From assembly GCF_036365525.1 (NCBI RefSeq), contig NC_090399.1:42254430-42318429 (forward strand): a stretch of 64,000 nt of DNA, given 5' to 3'. Every line of letters begins with the position of its first letter. The first letter of the stretch is position 1. Below the pieces are notes generated by a model, which searched no databases, was not told the origin of the DNA, and saw only the letters and a program-made list of their open reading frames with translations. A program made the translations under genes and the position numbers. The stretch is from Heterodontus francisci. Lineage: Eukaryota. Below, in pieces: positions 23,325 to 34,833 of the stretch.

Positions 23325-23940
23325 TAGCCTTTATTGCTGGGGCTTAGAGTACAAGAGTAAGGAGGTCTTGCTGCAATTGTCCAGGGCTTTGGTGAGACCA
23401 CACAAAGAGTGATGTGTACAGTTTTAGTCTCTCTACCAAAGGAGCTATTTGCCTTGGACAAGGTGGAACAAAAGTTCACAGAATTTAATTTCTGGCATGA
23501 GCGGGTCGTCCTCTGAGGAGACCTTGAGTATTTTGGGCCTAAACTCTCCGGAGTTTAGAAAAATGAGAGCTGATCTCAGATATTATGTTGCAAAGACAGG
23601 ATGTGACAGGGTGGAGACAGAGAAGCTGTTTTTCCCCTGGTTGGAAAGTCTAGAACTAGGGCCATAGTCTCAGGATAAAGGAGCATCCATTTAGGACAGA
23701 GACAAAGAGAAATTTCTTTACTCAGAGGGTTGTGAATCTTTGGAATTCTCTGTGCCTGAGGACTGTGGATGCCCATTTGCTGAGTATATTCAAGGCTGAG
23801 TCGATTACATTTTGGGATTCTAAGAAATTGAGAGATATGGGGATGGGGTGGGAAAGTGGAGTTGAGGTTCAGCCATGGTCTTATTGAATGGTGGTGCAGA
23901 CTCAAGGGGGTGTATAGCCTCCTCCTGCTCCTAGTTCTTG
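23325..23940 (+). mobile_element. Degenerate CR1 3' fragment
   Basis: ALVRPH- and FTQRVVNLWNSL-like segments, ending in a CR1 tail. Confidence 0.75.
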
Positions 23941-23989
23941 ATGATCTTCTGTCCTTGTGTTCTCTGACAGATATTAATGTTATTGGCAT

Positions 23990-24099
23990 GTTTTCTGAGG
24001 AGACGCCCACTGCTATGTCTGGGAATGTGTGCCTGGGGACATACAAATGTCCTTTACAGTACAAACTATTGAGGGAAATGAAGGAAATCATCCATCCAG
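23990..24099 (+). pseudogene. TRIM exon 5 (linker)
   Basis: FSEETPTAMSGNVCLGTYKCPLQYKLLREMKEIIHP, compared with the GPLQYxVWREM motif. Donor cag|gtaaat. The phase-correct acceptor appears mutated (cat|g), so the start is approximate. Confidence 0.75.
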
Positions 24100-24482
24100 G
24101 TAAATGAATGAATGACATTGCCTCCACCAGTAATCCTGTATCCAGGTCAACAGGGGTGATCTAACTCCCAGCCTGTGTTCAATTGTAAATGATTATTTCC
24201 CGAGTTGTGTCTGTAGAATTCACTTGCAGGGTTAGTGGCTCAACACAGAAACTGTCGACATTCGAGGTTTGGTTGGAGAGGTGGATGAAGGGATGTGTGA
24301 TTCGTACAATTCCCCGGTGGAGGGGTGGACAGTGGGGTAAATACCAATATGGACTGGCTGGCAGACTGTAACCTGTGTGTGGGAGGGTGACAGGAATTTT
24401 ACTTAACCCATTACACTTGATAGCAGTGAGGACTGTATTTAAATGCTTACAGTTTGTGCTAACGCAGTTTGCCCACTATACA

Positions 24483-25550
24483 CAGGGAGCAGGTTGTTCA
24501 ATCTTGCCCGTCTAACAGCGAAGTCCAAAATACGGAAAGCCCTCATCAGGGAACTCCTCTTTGCTGACGATGCTGCTTTAACATCTCACACTGAAGAGTG
24601 CCTGCAGAGTCTCATCGACAGGTTTGCGGCTGCCTGCAATGAATTTGGCCGAACCATCAGCCTCAAGAAAACGAACATCATGGGGCAGGACTTCAGAAAT
24701 GCTCCATCCATCAATATTGTCGACCACGCTCTGGAAGTGGTTCAAGAGTTCACCTACCTAGGCTCAACTATCACCAGTAACCTGTCTCTGGATGCAGAAA
24801 TCAACAAGCGCATGGGAAAGGCTTCCACTGCTATGTCCAGACTGGCCAAGAGAGTGTGGGAAAATGGCGCACTGACACGGAACACAAAAGTCCGAGTGTA
24901 TCAGGCCTGTGTCCTCAGTACCTTGCTCTATGGCAGTGAGGCCTGGACAACGTATGTCAGCCAAGAGCAACGTCTCAATTCATTCCATCTTCACTGCCTC
25001 CGGAGAATCCTTGGCATCAGGTGGCAGGACCTTATCTCCAACACAGAAGTCCTCGAGGCGGCCAACATCCCCAGCTTATACACACTACTGAGTCAGCGGC
25101 GCTTGAGATGGCTTGGCCATGTGAGCCGCATGGAAGATGGCAGGATCCCCAAAGACATATTGTACAGCGAGCTCGCCACTGGTATCAGACCCACCGGCCG
25201 TCCATGTCTCAGCTTTAAAGACGTCTGCAAATGTGACATGAAGTCCTGTGACATTGATCACAAATCGTGGGAGTCAGTTGCCAGCGTTCGCCAGAGCTGA
25301 CGGGCAACCATAAAGGCGGGGCTAAAGTGTGGCGAGTCGCAGAGACTTAGCAGTTGGCAGGAAAAAAGACAAAAGCGCAAGGAGAGAGCCAACTGTGTAA
25401 CAGCCCCCGACAAACAAATTTTTCTGCAGCACCTGTGTAAGAGCCTGTCACTCTAGAATTGGCCTTTATAGCCACTCCAGGCACTGCTCCACACACAACT
25501 GACCACCTCCAGGCGCTTACCCATTGTCTCTCGAGATAAGGAGGCCAAAG
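24483..25550 (+). mobile_element. RTE LINE, 5'-truncated
   Basis: ORF 24443..25300 (ELLFADDAAL) is highly similar to the 3' part of the element at 50004-53368 and has the same tail gagataaggaggccaaag. Confidence 0.95.
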
Positions 25551-25714
25551 CAGACACAGTGGATGGATTGTCCCAAAGTTGTGACTCTAATAAATCTAAA
25601 AATGGACAAACACATTCCTTCGAGGGAACCTGTGTGTAGAACCATTAGTACTTCACATAGAAAAGGCACACTCTGATTGTGTCACCTGTTTGTCGCAACT
25701 TTATCACAACAATT

Positions 25715-26020
25715 TTATTTTATTTTAGAGATACAGCACTAAACAGGCCCTTCGACCCACCAAGTCTGTCCTGACCATCAACCACCCATTTATACTAGTT
25801 CTACATTAATCCCATGTTCCTACCTTCCCTTATTTATACTCGGGGCAATTTCCAATGGCCAATTTACCTATCAACCTGCAAGTCTTTGGCTGTGGGAGGA
25901 AACCGGAGCACCCGATGAAAACCCACGCGATCACTGGGAGAACTTGCAAACTCCACACAGGCAGTACCCAGAATTGAACCCGGGTCACTGGAGCTGTGAG
26001 GCTGCCACTGTGCCACCCTA
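25715..26020 (-). mobile_element. HE1/V-SINE
   Basis: Reverse complement of the tRNA-like head, V-domain and CR1-type tail. Confidence 0.85.
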
Positions 26021-26772
26021 ACTATCCTGATTAAGGACAGCAGAGGACCCTGATCTCCACAGAAGCTTGGCAGGAGGAGCAGATGACAAGACAAATAGCA
26101 AAGATTAAAAATAGTCTATTTTGAAACAAAGAAAGCTGGTTGGATTATGTGGAGCTGAACTGATTGAGCTGGTGTAGTGTAATTTACTGAGACACTCACT
26201 GTAAGCAGGTGCAGCCTCCACACTGAACATCCTGTTTCTGCACTGAAAGAGCTGGTGTGTGGAACACATTAAGCAGTGACTTTGTAATTGACGATAGCAG
26301 CAATGGAAATTGATCAGTGCTCTTTGCCCAGTTGAAGTGGTGCGGACTGTGTGTCTTTTACTGAGGTCGGTGGGGCTGCTGTTCTTCTACCAGGGCCAGT
26401 TTGTGGGCAACTGGGTCACAGCAGTTGGGTGGAAATGCTTGGTGATTTCTGACCCCTCCCCATGCTCAGATTTCTGAGGAACTCTTCCTTTTTATTGATC
26501 GGAAATGAAATCTGTTTTACAATGTGGTGATCTTTTAAAATATGCTTAACATTTCTCACATTGGACAGTGTCCTCTCTCTGAAGGGAGGAAAATGGTGTA
26601 ATATTTTACCTGCAGTCCATTCCACACACACTCCCAGTTAAAGTGGCACTCACTCCACTCCAGTAAAGGAACAATTGGCTCATTCCCCCTCCCCCAAGAG
26701 TCAATCACTGTCCTTCCTTGGTTATCCACCAATGAGAGGGAACTCCAGTCACCCATGGACTTTATTCTGCAG

Positions 26773-27303
26773 TTGTGCTTGCCCTGACTCTGGACCCTCG
26801 AACAGCAAACACTTGGCTGCTGCTGTCTGCCCGACTTGACCAGTGTGACTGTCATTGATACCAAGCAGCTGCTTCCCGACAGTCCGGCCAGGTTCGGTGT
26901 GTGTGTCTCTGTCCTGGCCACTGAGGGCTTCACGGTGGGGACGCACTACTGGGAGGTGAAAGTGAGTGGCAAGTCCAAATGGGACCTGGTGTGGCCAGAC
27001 TCCATTAACAGGAAGGGAGACATTGCTTTGAAGCCTGAGAATGGATACCTGGCACTGTCCCTGAGCAATAGAGAGCGGTACTGTGCTCTAACCTCACCGA
27101 CAGTCACCCTGCTAGCTCTGAGTGGGAAGCCCAGCCACATTGGAGTTTACCTGGTCTATGAGGGAGGCCAAGTGTCCTTTCACAGTGCTGCTGACTTGTC
27201 TCATCTCGACACTTTCACAGAGACATTTCTCAAGAGAATGTTCCCTTTCTTTTGCCCCTGTTTGAATGACAATAGTGCTCCTCTCTCTTGTAGTTTACTT
27301 TAG
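26773..27303 (+). pseudogene. TRIM last exon, PRY/SPRY (B30.2) domain
   Basis: Acceptor ttctgcag|. Reads LTLDPRTANTWLLLSA, then a +1 frameshift, then DLTSV...GFTVGTHYWEVKV...IGVYLVYEGGQVSF...MFPFFCP to a TAG. Confidence 0.9.
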
Positions 27304-27999
27304 GTGACTGTGTCTTTAAAGATCTGTTCAGCTCTGGCTGCTCATGGCTCAGTTGGTGTCTGATTCAAAACACTTTACTGAAAATGTGTAACTGTGGGTG
27401 TGAGACTGGGAGGAATGGACTATTAGAATTGTCTTTCTAACCTAATCTGCATTGCCCAATCTCTACTGTGAGAGCCTTGTGGGACAGGGAATGTGTATTG
27501 ACCAAACTCTACTGTCCATCCAATACACATTCCCTGTCCCACTCAGCTTATACTCATGATGTTTCAGTGTACCTGTGTCAGAGGAATCCACATCTCTGCT
27601 CCAATGAAATAGAAGCTTCATAAATATTTATCCTTGACAAATATACAAATTGCTTCTGGTCTCTTTTCTTTACTCTACCCCACCCCCTGCCCTGTCCCCT
27701 GGTGTCCCAGTCTTTATGACCAACTATCCCAGTCCAGTTTCTCTATCCAGTCACAAGTAGGCCAGTTACAGAGAACAATGAATCAACAGGCAGTAACCAA
27801 GGAGAATGTCTCACTTCCCAGTGAAACAGCATCTGCAATCCCACTCAATTGGCGCGAACTGCACGATATACTGTTTTACACATAATCTAATATTCACACA
27901 GTGATGTTTGTTTATATTTGATTCTTCTATAAAAATAGCTTATGGGCATGTGTCCTTCTGACACACAGACCTCTGCAACCTTCCTCAATCTCATTGTAA

Positions 28000-29114
28000 C
28001 AGGTACTTGGCCAGGTTAAGGGAGTCCTTGTATTGGAGGACAACATCCTTAACACTTAAAATTAACCTCATTATGTTTGTGATGTTAAAAAATGCCCAAC
28101 GTTGCCCCCACCCTGATGGCCACCTTTTGTGTGTGGCTGACTCAGGGCTGTGCGGAGACCCCTGGCGTACAAATACCCAAGTGTCGATATGTGCTGAGGT
28201 TCTATCTGTCCCCAGTGTTAAGAAGGGTGGGTCTGGCCACGTTGCCGCAGAACGCTCCATTCAGTTGGACTGTGCAGTTCCAACTTTCCCTTGTGGAAAT
28301 GTTTGTGCAGGAAAACATGTTTCACCACACATCCATCATGCTGTGGTCTGCACATAATGTCCTCGACACCCTGTGGAAAAAGGATTTGGTGGATCCTGTC
28401 AGATGGTTCCATGAGCAGACTTTCAAAGTCATGTGGCAGCATGTCTCATCACCAGAACTTTCAAACAAACAGCAAGCTGTAGCTTGCCTGGTGATGAGAA
28501 GGGCCCTCCCTGTCAGATCCTTCCTGCACACCCGGAGACTATCCGCCTCCACACGCTGTCCTCGAGGAGGCTGCGGTGGGGAAGAGACCATCGCCCACCT
28601 CGTTCTGGAATGTGCTTTCACAAAGCATACCTGGAACGAGATGCAGTGGTTTTTGTTGAGGTTCATCCTGAGCAGCTGTGTAATACAGGACTCCGTCCTC
28701 TACGGGCTGTTCCCATAGGCGCACACTGAGATAAACATCAACTGCTGCTGGAGGAACATCAACTCGGCAAAAGATGCTCTTTGGTCTGCCTGAAACTTGC
28801 TGGTCTTCCAGTGCAAAGAGTTGTCCATGACCGAGTGTTGCAGACTGGTGCATTCCAAGGTCCAGGACTATGTGCTGAGGGACACATTAAATCTTGAGGC
28901 TGCCGCTGCAAAGGCTCGATGGGGAAAATTCCTTTCACCATAGTGAACTGAGGGACAGGAACCTGGGTAAAACCCCTTGGGCTGTTTGCACCAAAGACTG
29001 TTTGACATGAAAGGTAAATGCACATTGTAAATATAACCTATAACGGTAAATGTAATGAGGCACCTCATGTACTGTATTGAAAGAAACTGATCTGTATTGC
29101 TCTCTCTGTAATGT
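28000..29114 (+). mobile_element. Tx1-clade (L1 group) LINE, 3' ORF2 fragment
   Basis: ORF 28092..28718 has a zf-RVT-like CPRGGCGGEETIAHLVLEC. Stops follow and the poly(A) tail is missing. Confidence 0.8.
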
Positions 29115-29141
29115 CCAGAATTGAACCAGTGACCTAAGGAG
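29115..29141 (-). pseudogene. tRNA-Tyr 3'-half remnant
   Basis: Minus strand ctccttaggtcactggttcaattctgg against vertebrate tRNA-Tyr ATCCTTAGGTCGCTGGTTCGATTCCGG. Confidence 0.55.
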
Positions 29142-29228
29142 AACTTTAATTTGCTTTTGTTTTTCCCTGTGTACCTGCTAACACCACAGCTGTGCAGGAT
29201 GTGAGCTGCCATTCACCACTCACTGCTT

Positions 29229-30214
29229 GGGCTAATGGCGCAATGAAACCGTATCTGACTACTGTTATGACGGCTCAGGACAAAGCCCTCAATCAAATTA
29301 AGTTATGATTCTGATTGCAGTGGGAGCAATGCACTGTCAAGTCAGTCCCGTCGCTCCATAGGTCACATCATATTTCTTTAAGCTTTCCAAATCAAAGAAA
29401 GCAGCAGCCAAATTGAAACAGTCTAATAACCCCCAAAAGAGGTGAACTAAACCAGGCATCTTTTAGATATCAACAAATTAACTGTTTATTTACAAAAACT
29501 AAATATATCTTAAACGCTGCTAAGATAAAACAATATCTAAAGACTTTTATAACTTTTTTTAAAACTAACTCCGGCATTCACATACATATCCTCAAACTAA
29601 CAGTAGTTTGGTTTTTAATTAGCTGCCCGGAAAAAATAGAAAAAAACAATCAAGTCTTTGCAGATTACGCTTCCGATGAAGGGTCATCTGATACACCATG
29701 GCCAAAGTTGACTTGCAGTCTTCCAAGATCCGATGAAAAAAGGATCTTTCCAGAGATAGGAATTCAGCAGTTTAGTTCAGCAGTTGAAGTATTAAACTCT
29801 TTTTATTTCAGCAATGAACAAAGCAGACTAATAATGTGTTTTTTTTAAGGAATTTATCTACTTGAAGCTTCTTTAGAAGGTTGAGAGTACAATAAATATG
29901 TTTCAAATAGACTGAGAGAGACCTCTCTTATTTCTTCACATGCTGGAACAATCTGTTATCTCTCTATTTCTACTAGTCAGTTTCAAAGTCTAAATGGATA
30001 CATTGAATGTCTATTCTCTGTCTCTGTGTGGCTGTAATTTAGCAACTAGAATGCTAAATGCTTGCTTCAATGAGCTTCTGAAGTGATCTCTTAAAGATGC
30101 ATTGATCTCTTTACACTTTTAAAGGTGCACTGCAATATTTCCCGAGGAGAAAGAAAACACTGGATCGTGACGCTACTGATCAGAAGATTGCAGGTTTGAC
30201 TCCTACCTGGCTCG
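29229..30214 (+). pseudogene. tRNA-Arg(ACG) pseudogene split by a solo LTR (halves 29229-29262 and 30177-30214)
   Basis: The joined sequence gggctaatggcgcaatgaaaccgtatctgactactgatcagaagattgcaggtttgactcctacctggctcg aligns end to end with vertebrate tRNA-Arg-ACG. T5 run at 30219-30223. Confidence 0.85.
29263..30172. mobile_element. Solo LTR (about 910 bp)
   Basis: Ends tgttatgac...tcgtgacg, with 4-bp TSD ctac (29259-29262 / 30173-30176). Homologous to 33905-34833, 41397-42325 and 63367-64000. Confidence 0.8.
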
Positions 30215-30603
30215 ATGATTTTTGTAAACTTTGCATTCTGACTTCACACAGTTGGCAAGCTGATCTACCTGGTTGTGCTGTCTGACCACTTGCAGGGTAA
30301 GTGCCTTCTTAGTGCTGTAGGCAGCGTTTCTGTCTCAAAATGTGAAGGTCCTGAATAAAACTCCTCAGTAAAGTATCCAGTGTTGTAAAACAATCTTTCC
30401 CTTCTCTCTCCTCAGATCTCCATATTTGCTACAGATAGAAAGAAAGAATCCTTGTTTACTATAACACCAAAGGATCTGATGCCTCTCGACCTCTTTGTAC
30501 CTCAGCACGTGGAAACGCTTCGGAAAGAAGTACGTGCGCTACTGTTCACTGACACCTGACACCACTGCTGTGTCTGATCAATTACCACAAGGTAAAAGCA
30601 CAA

Positions 30604-30645
30604 TGGAGAATGCAGATATTGATCCCACTACCCCTCTCAGGCAAA
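30604..30645 (-). pseudogene. tRNA-Ala(AGC-type) 3'-half remnant
   Basis: + strand tggagaatgcagatattgatcccactacccctctcaggcaaa against the reverse complement of vertebrate tRNA-Ala, TGGAGAATGCGGGCATCGATCCCGCTACCTCTCGCATGCTAA. A T4 run follows on the minus strand (30594-30597). Confidence 0.7.
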
Positions 30646-31189
30646 CTCACTGGTCTCTGCTGACACTTCACCCTCACTTGTTTCACAGGAGCCCCTCAGC
30701 ATCCACCTCCATGTTGCTCTGTGACCAGTAGTGAAATCATGCTTCGGGTTGACACGCTGCCTGAACACATTAAATACTTTGCTCGGTCTGAGCAGCAGCA
30801 GGCGAGCACCAGCCAGACGGAAAGACATAATAACAATGGTAGAAGCCGAGAAGAGTCCGAGCTTGTGGTAGGGAAGTGAGGTGACTGGAAACTAGCAGCT
30901 GCCCTGAGTGTGAGGGAGCAGTCGTGAGCCCTGTCTGACTGACAGAGACTTCTTTTGCTTTCAAGTGAGTGCTGAGTGTTTGGATGTGTTGCTGCTCAAA
31001 GGAGCTCCCTGCTGGCCAGCAGATGTAACTGCAGAAGTGAACCAGCCTTGTGCAGGCTGTTTTCAGACAGGAAAGGAGGGCCCCTGCACCTTGGCCGTAA
31101 CATGTTAAAACGCAATCTACTTGTCAAGTTAAGAGCGCTGGCTTCAGCTAATTGTTGCTTATACACACTTACTCCAAAAAGACACATAT

Positions 31190-32585
31190 TAACACAAGAA
31201 ATAGGAGCAGTAGTGGACCATATGGCCCAGCGAGCCTGCTCTGCCATTCAATCCAATCATAGCTGATCTTGGGCTTCAATTCCACTTTCCCGTCCACTCC
31301 CCATATCCCTTGATTCCCTGAGAGACCAAAAATCTATATCCCATCCTTAAATATATTCAACAATGGAGCATCCACAACCCTCTGGGGTTAGAACATAGAA
31401 CATTACAGCGCAGTACAGGCCCTTCGGCCCTCGATGTTGCGCCGACCTGTGAAACCATCTGACCTACACTATTCCATTTTCATCCATATGTCTATCCAAT
31501 GACCACTTAAATGCCCTTAAAGTTGGCGAGTCCACTACTGTTGCAGGCAGGGCGTTCCACGCCCCTACTACTCTCTGAGTAATGAAACTACCTCTGACAT
31601 CTGTACTATATCTATCACCCCTCAACTGAAAGCTATGTCCCCTCGTGTTTGTCATCACCATCCGGGGAAATAGACTCTCACTATCCACCCTATCTAACCC
31701 TCTGATTATCTTATATGTCTCTATTAAGTCACCTCTCCTCCTCCTTCTCTCTAACGAAAACAACCTCAAGTCCCTCAGCCTTTCCTCATAACACCTTCCC
31801 TCCATACCAGGCAACATCCTAGTAAATCTCCTCTGCACCCTTTCCAAAGCTTCCAAAGATTCACAACTCTTTGAGTGAAGTAATTTATCCTCCTCTCAGT
31901 CCTAAATGATCAGTCCCTTATCCTGTATTAGATTCCTCAACTAGTGAAAACACTGGGTCTACCCTATCCAACCCCTTCAGAATCTTGTATGTTTCAATGA
32001 GATCATCTCTCATTCCTCTAAACTCCAGAGAATATAGGCCCAATTTACTCTGCCTCTCATCATAGGACAACCCCCTCATCCCAGGGTCCAATTTAGTGAA
32101 CCTTCACTGTACTGCCTCCATTGCAAGTATATCTTTTCTTAACTGTGGAGACCAAAACTACATACAGTACTCCAGATGTGGTCTCAGCAAAACCTTGTAC
32201 AATTGTAGCAAGACTTTTCTATTCCTGTACTCCAATCCCCTTGCAATAAAGGACAACACTCCATATGGCTTCCGAACTGCTTGTTGTAGTTGGCTGCTAA
32301 CTTTCTGATACATTACTCTTTGTCTCTGCACCTAAGTCATTAACATAGGTTGGAAATAGCTGAGTCCCCAGCACTGATCCTTACAGCACCCAACTATTTA
32401 CTGCCCGCCAACTTGAAAATGCTTCGTTTATGCCCACTCTTTGCTTCCTATCCATTAACATATCCTCTATCCACGCTATTATTCTCAACCCCATGAGACC
32501 TTATTTTGCCTATTAACATTTTGTGTGGCACCTTATCGAATTACTTTAGGTAATCCAGGTAGACTACATCTACTGGTTCCCCTTG
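31190..32585 (-). mobile_element. Old CR1 fragment with a younger CR1 3' end nested at about 31390-31856
   Basis: ORF 31464..31856 (ALERVQRRFTRMLPG) with a tagaacatagaac tail, flanked by degenerate CR1. Confidence 0.85.
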
Positions 32586-32591
32586 ACATGC

Positions 32592-32683
32592 ACTTTCAAG
32601 CCAGAATTGAACCAGAGACCTCAGGATAACTCTGGTTTGTTTTACAGTGCAGTTCACCACTTTTCAAACTCAACCATTAAAGG
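32592..32683 (-). pseudogene. Intron-containing tRNA-Tyr(GTA) pseudogene
   Basis: Minus strand cctttaatggttgagtttgaaaagtggtgaactgcactgtaa-[aacaaaccagagtt]-atcctgaggtctctggttcaattctggcttgaaag follows the tRNA-Tyr 5' half / intron / 3' half layout. Confidence 0.65.
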
Positions 32684-33904
32684 GGAGCAGTGAAAACAAT
32701 TATCTTTCCTGATTGTTCGCCACATGACTTTCAAAGTGTTGTGTATTCACAGAGTAAAACGACATGAGGTCTTCACTGGGAGCAGCCATGCTGGAACACC
32801 TCCCAACAGAGAGGGCAGCAGAGACATAGTATTGTAATTGCAATACAATCAGCCAGTTTAATATTGTATATGACACTCCCTCCCAACTTATTTTTTTTCA
32901 TTAAATATAAAATGGTACTTGTATATAATTTCCCATATTACAATAACAATACTCTGAAATTTAACAAGTTAAGTTACATACCTGTTACTACTGTAATCAC
33001 AATGAAAACTTATGTAACTAATATTTCCAGAGTCATTTACATGTAAAAAAAAATGTTTTTCTTTAACACCTGTCTGTCTTTCACAAAAAATATCATCATT
33101 GACAAGAAGTAATGAAAAGAACAACTTGCATCTTCCTTCCTACATACTTTCAATGAATCTTTCTGGCTTCTTTCTCTTTCTGTTTGGATATCTTCTTCCA
33201 TTTCCATTAGCTTGACTCTGCTCTCCCAACATCTCAGACTGTGTCGACCCTGAACTTTGACTTTGACTATTAACTCCACTTAATAGTTGGGACTGTGAAA
33301 TTGATTGATTCATCTTGATCAAAGACCCTGACTCACTTTGCTCTACTGGTGGATTCTGTGATACTGACAAACTTTCAGTTCCTTTCTGACTTGCACTTTC
33401 ATTCTGACTTTCACTTGGGACTGTTGGAATTTGGACGATGGGAGGTTTCTCATGCTCTCCTTTTGTCAGATTTCCTCTTTCATGATGTTGACAGAGTCTC
33501 TCTCCAATCTACACTAGATATCTGAATGCACCTAGTCTTTTCACAACAACTCCAAACACATACTTCTCCTTATCACTGTGGTGGTTTTTCACCATGACCT
33601 TCTGACCTGCAGTGAACTCTCTAAGTTTCATGCCTCATGTATCATGACTCATTTTCACTCTGTCTTGCTTTTCGCTTATTTTGTTATTGATGTCAGGCTG
33701 AAGCAAACTAAACCTTGTCCTCTGGGAACCCATAAATTGCAAACCAACTTCTCAAAACCTCAATAGTTTTGGTACTTGTGGTATTGGGCATAGACTCGTC
33801 ATTTATCCACTTGCTGTAGTTCTCGACCAAAACAAAATACTTTCCCTTCCACTTCGAGGAAATCGACATATATGTGTTTCCACAGTCTTTTTGTGTTTGA
33901 CCAT

Positions 33905-34833
33905 TGTTATGGCATGACTGTGCAGGACAAAGCCCCCAATCAAAAATATATGATTCTGACTGCGGTGGGAGCAATGCACAGTCAATTCAGTCCCACCACC
34001 CCACAGGTCACATCGTATATATCTTAAAGCTTTCCAAATCAAAGAAAACAGCAGCCGAATTGAAACAATCTAATAATCCCCAAATGAGACGAAGCAAACC
34101 AGGCATCCTTAGATATCAACAAATTAACTATTTATTTCAAAAAACTAAAATCTTAAACACTACTAAGATAAACCAATATCTGAAGACCTTACAACTTATT
34201 TAAAAAAATCAAACTCCTGCATTCACATACATATACCCAAACTAATGGTAGTTTGATGTTGAATTAACTGCCGTAAAAATAGGAATGACAATAAAGTCTT
34301 GGCAGATTTACATTCCTGACGAAATGGAATCTTCAATGTAGAAACAGTCCTCGGATGCTTGAAGTCTTTGCAGTTGTACGATGGAAAGAAAAGACAGATT
34401 CTTCAATGATAGGAAATTCAGCAGTCCAGTTCAGCAGTTGAAGTGTTACTCTTCTTTTTCCAGCGATGAACACAGATCAATAATAAGTATTTTTTTAAAA
34501 TAATTAATCTGGCTTAACTTTTTAGAATTTTGAGAGATAATAAACTATCTTTTCCTTCAGTTTAAACTGGTCTACCAGCTCTCCTTTCAGGTGCTAACAC
34601 AAAGCTGTGTCTGTCTGTCTCTGAACAAAACAGTGATTTGCCAGCCAGTTTCAAAATCAAATGGTGACATTGTACTTCCTGTTCCCCCTCTCTGTATGGT
34701 TGTATCCAGGCAACCAAGATTCACTTTCACTTGGTAACTTCTGATGCTGGCTGCCTTGAAGTCCTGATCTTTTGCTGCCTTAAAGACACTCCGCAATATT
34801 TCCTGAGGAGAGAAAAAAAACAGGATCGTGGCA
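33905..34833. mobile_element. Solo LTR nested in the Gypsy integrase (left arm)
   Basis: Mirror of 41397-42325, with TG...CA ends and a 4-bp TSD (ccat on this strand). Confidence 0.8.

Larger units (their letters stand above)
14877..27303 (+). pseudogene. TRIM family (RING, B-box2, coiled coil, PRY/SPRY; TRIM39/TRIM69/A33-like) unprocessed pseudogene, 6 exons
   Basis: Exons at 14877-15260, 15461-15555, 16199-16429 (231 nt), 23201-23223 (23 nt), about 23990-24099 and 26773-27303 match canonical class IV TRIM exon sizes and phases. Disablements: TAG at 16316-16318, a +1 frameshift near 26830 and degenerate zinc ligands. Confidence 0.85.

Noticed and set aside
28900-29141. Tx1 element site-specifically inserted at the tRNA-Tyr relic
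   Set aside because: The Tx1 copy lacks the 3' tail seen at 40889-41008 and the tRNA lacks its last bases, so the junction looks like a later deletion rather than an insertion site.
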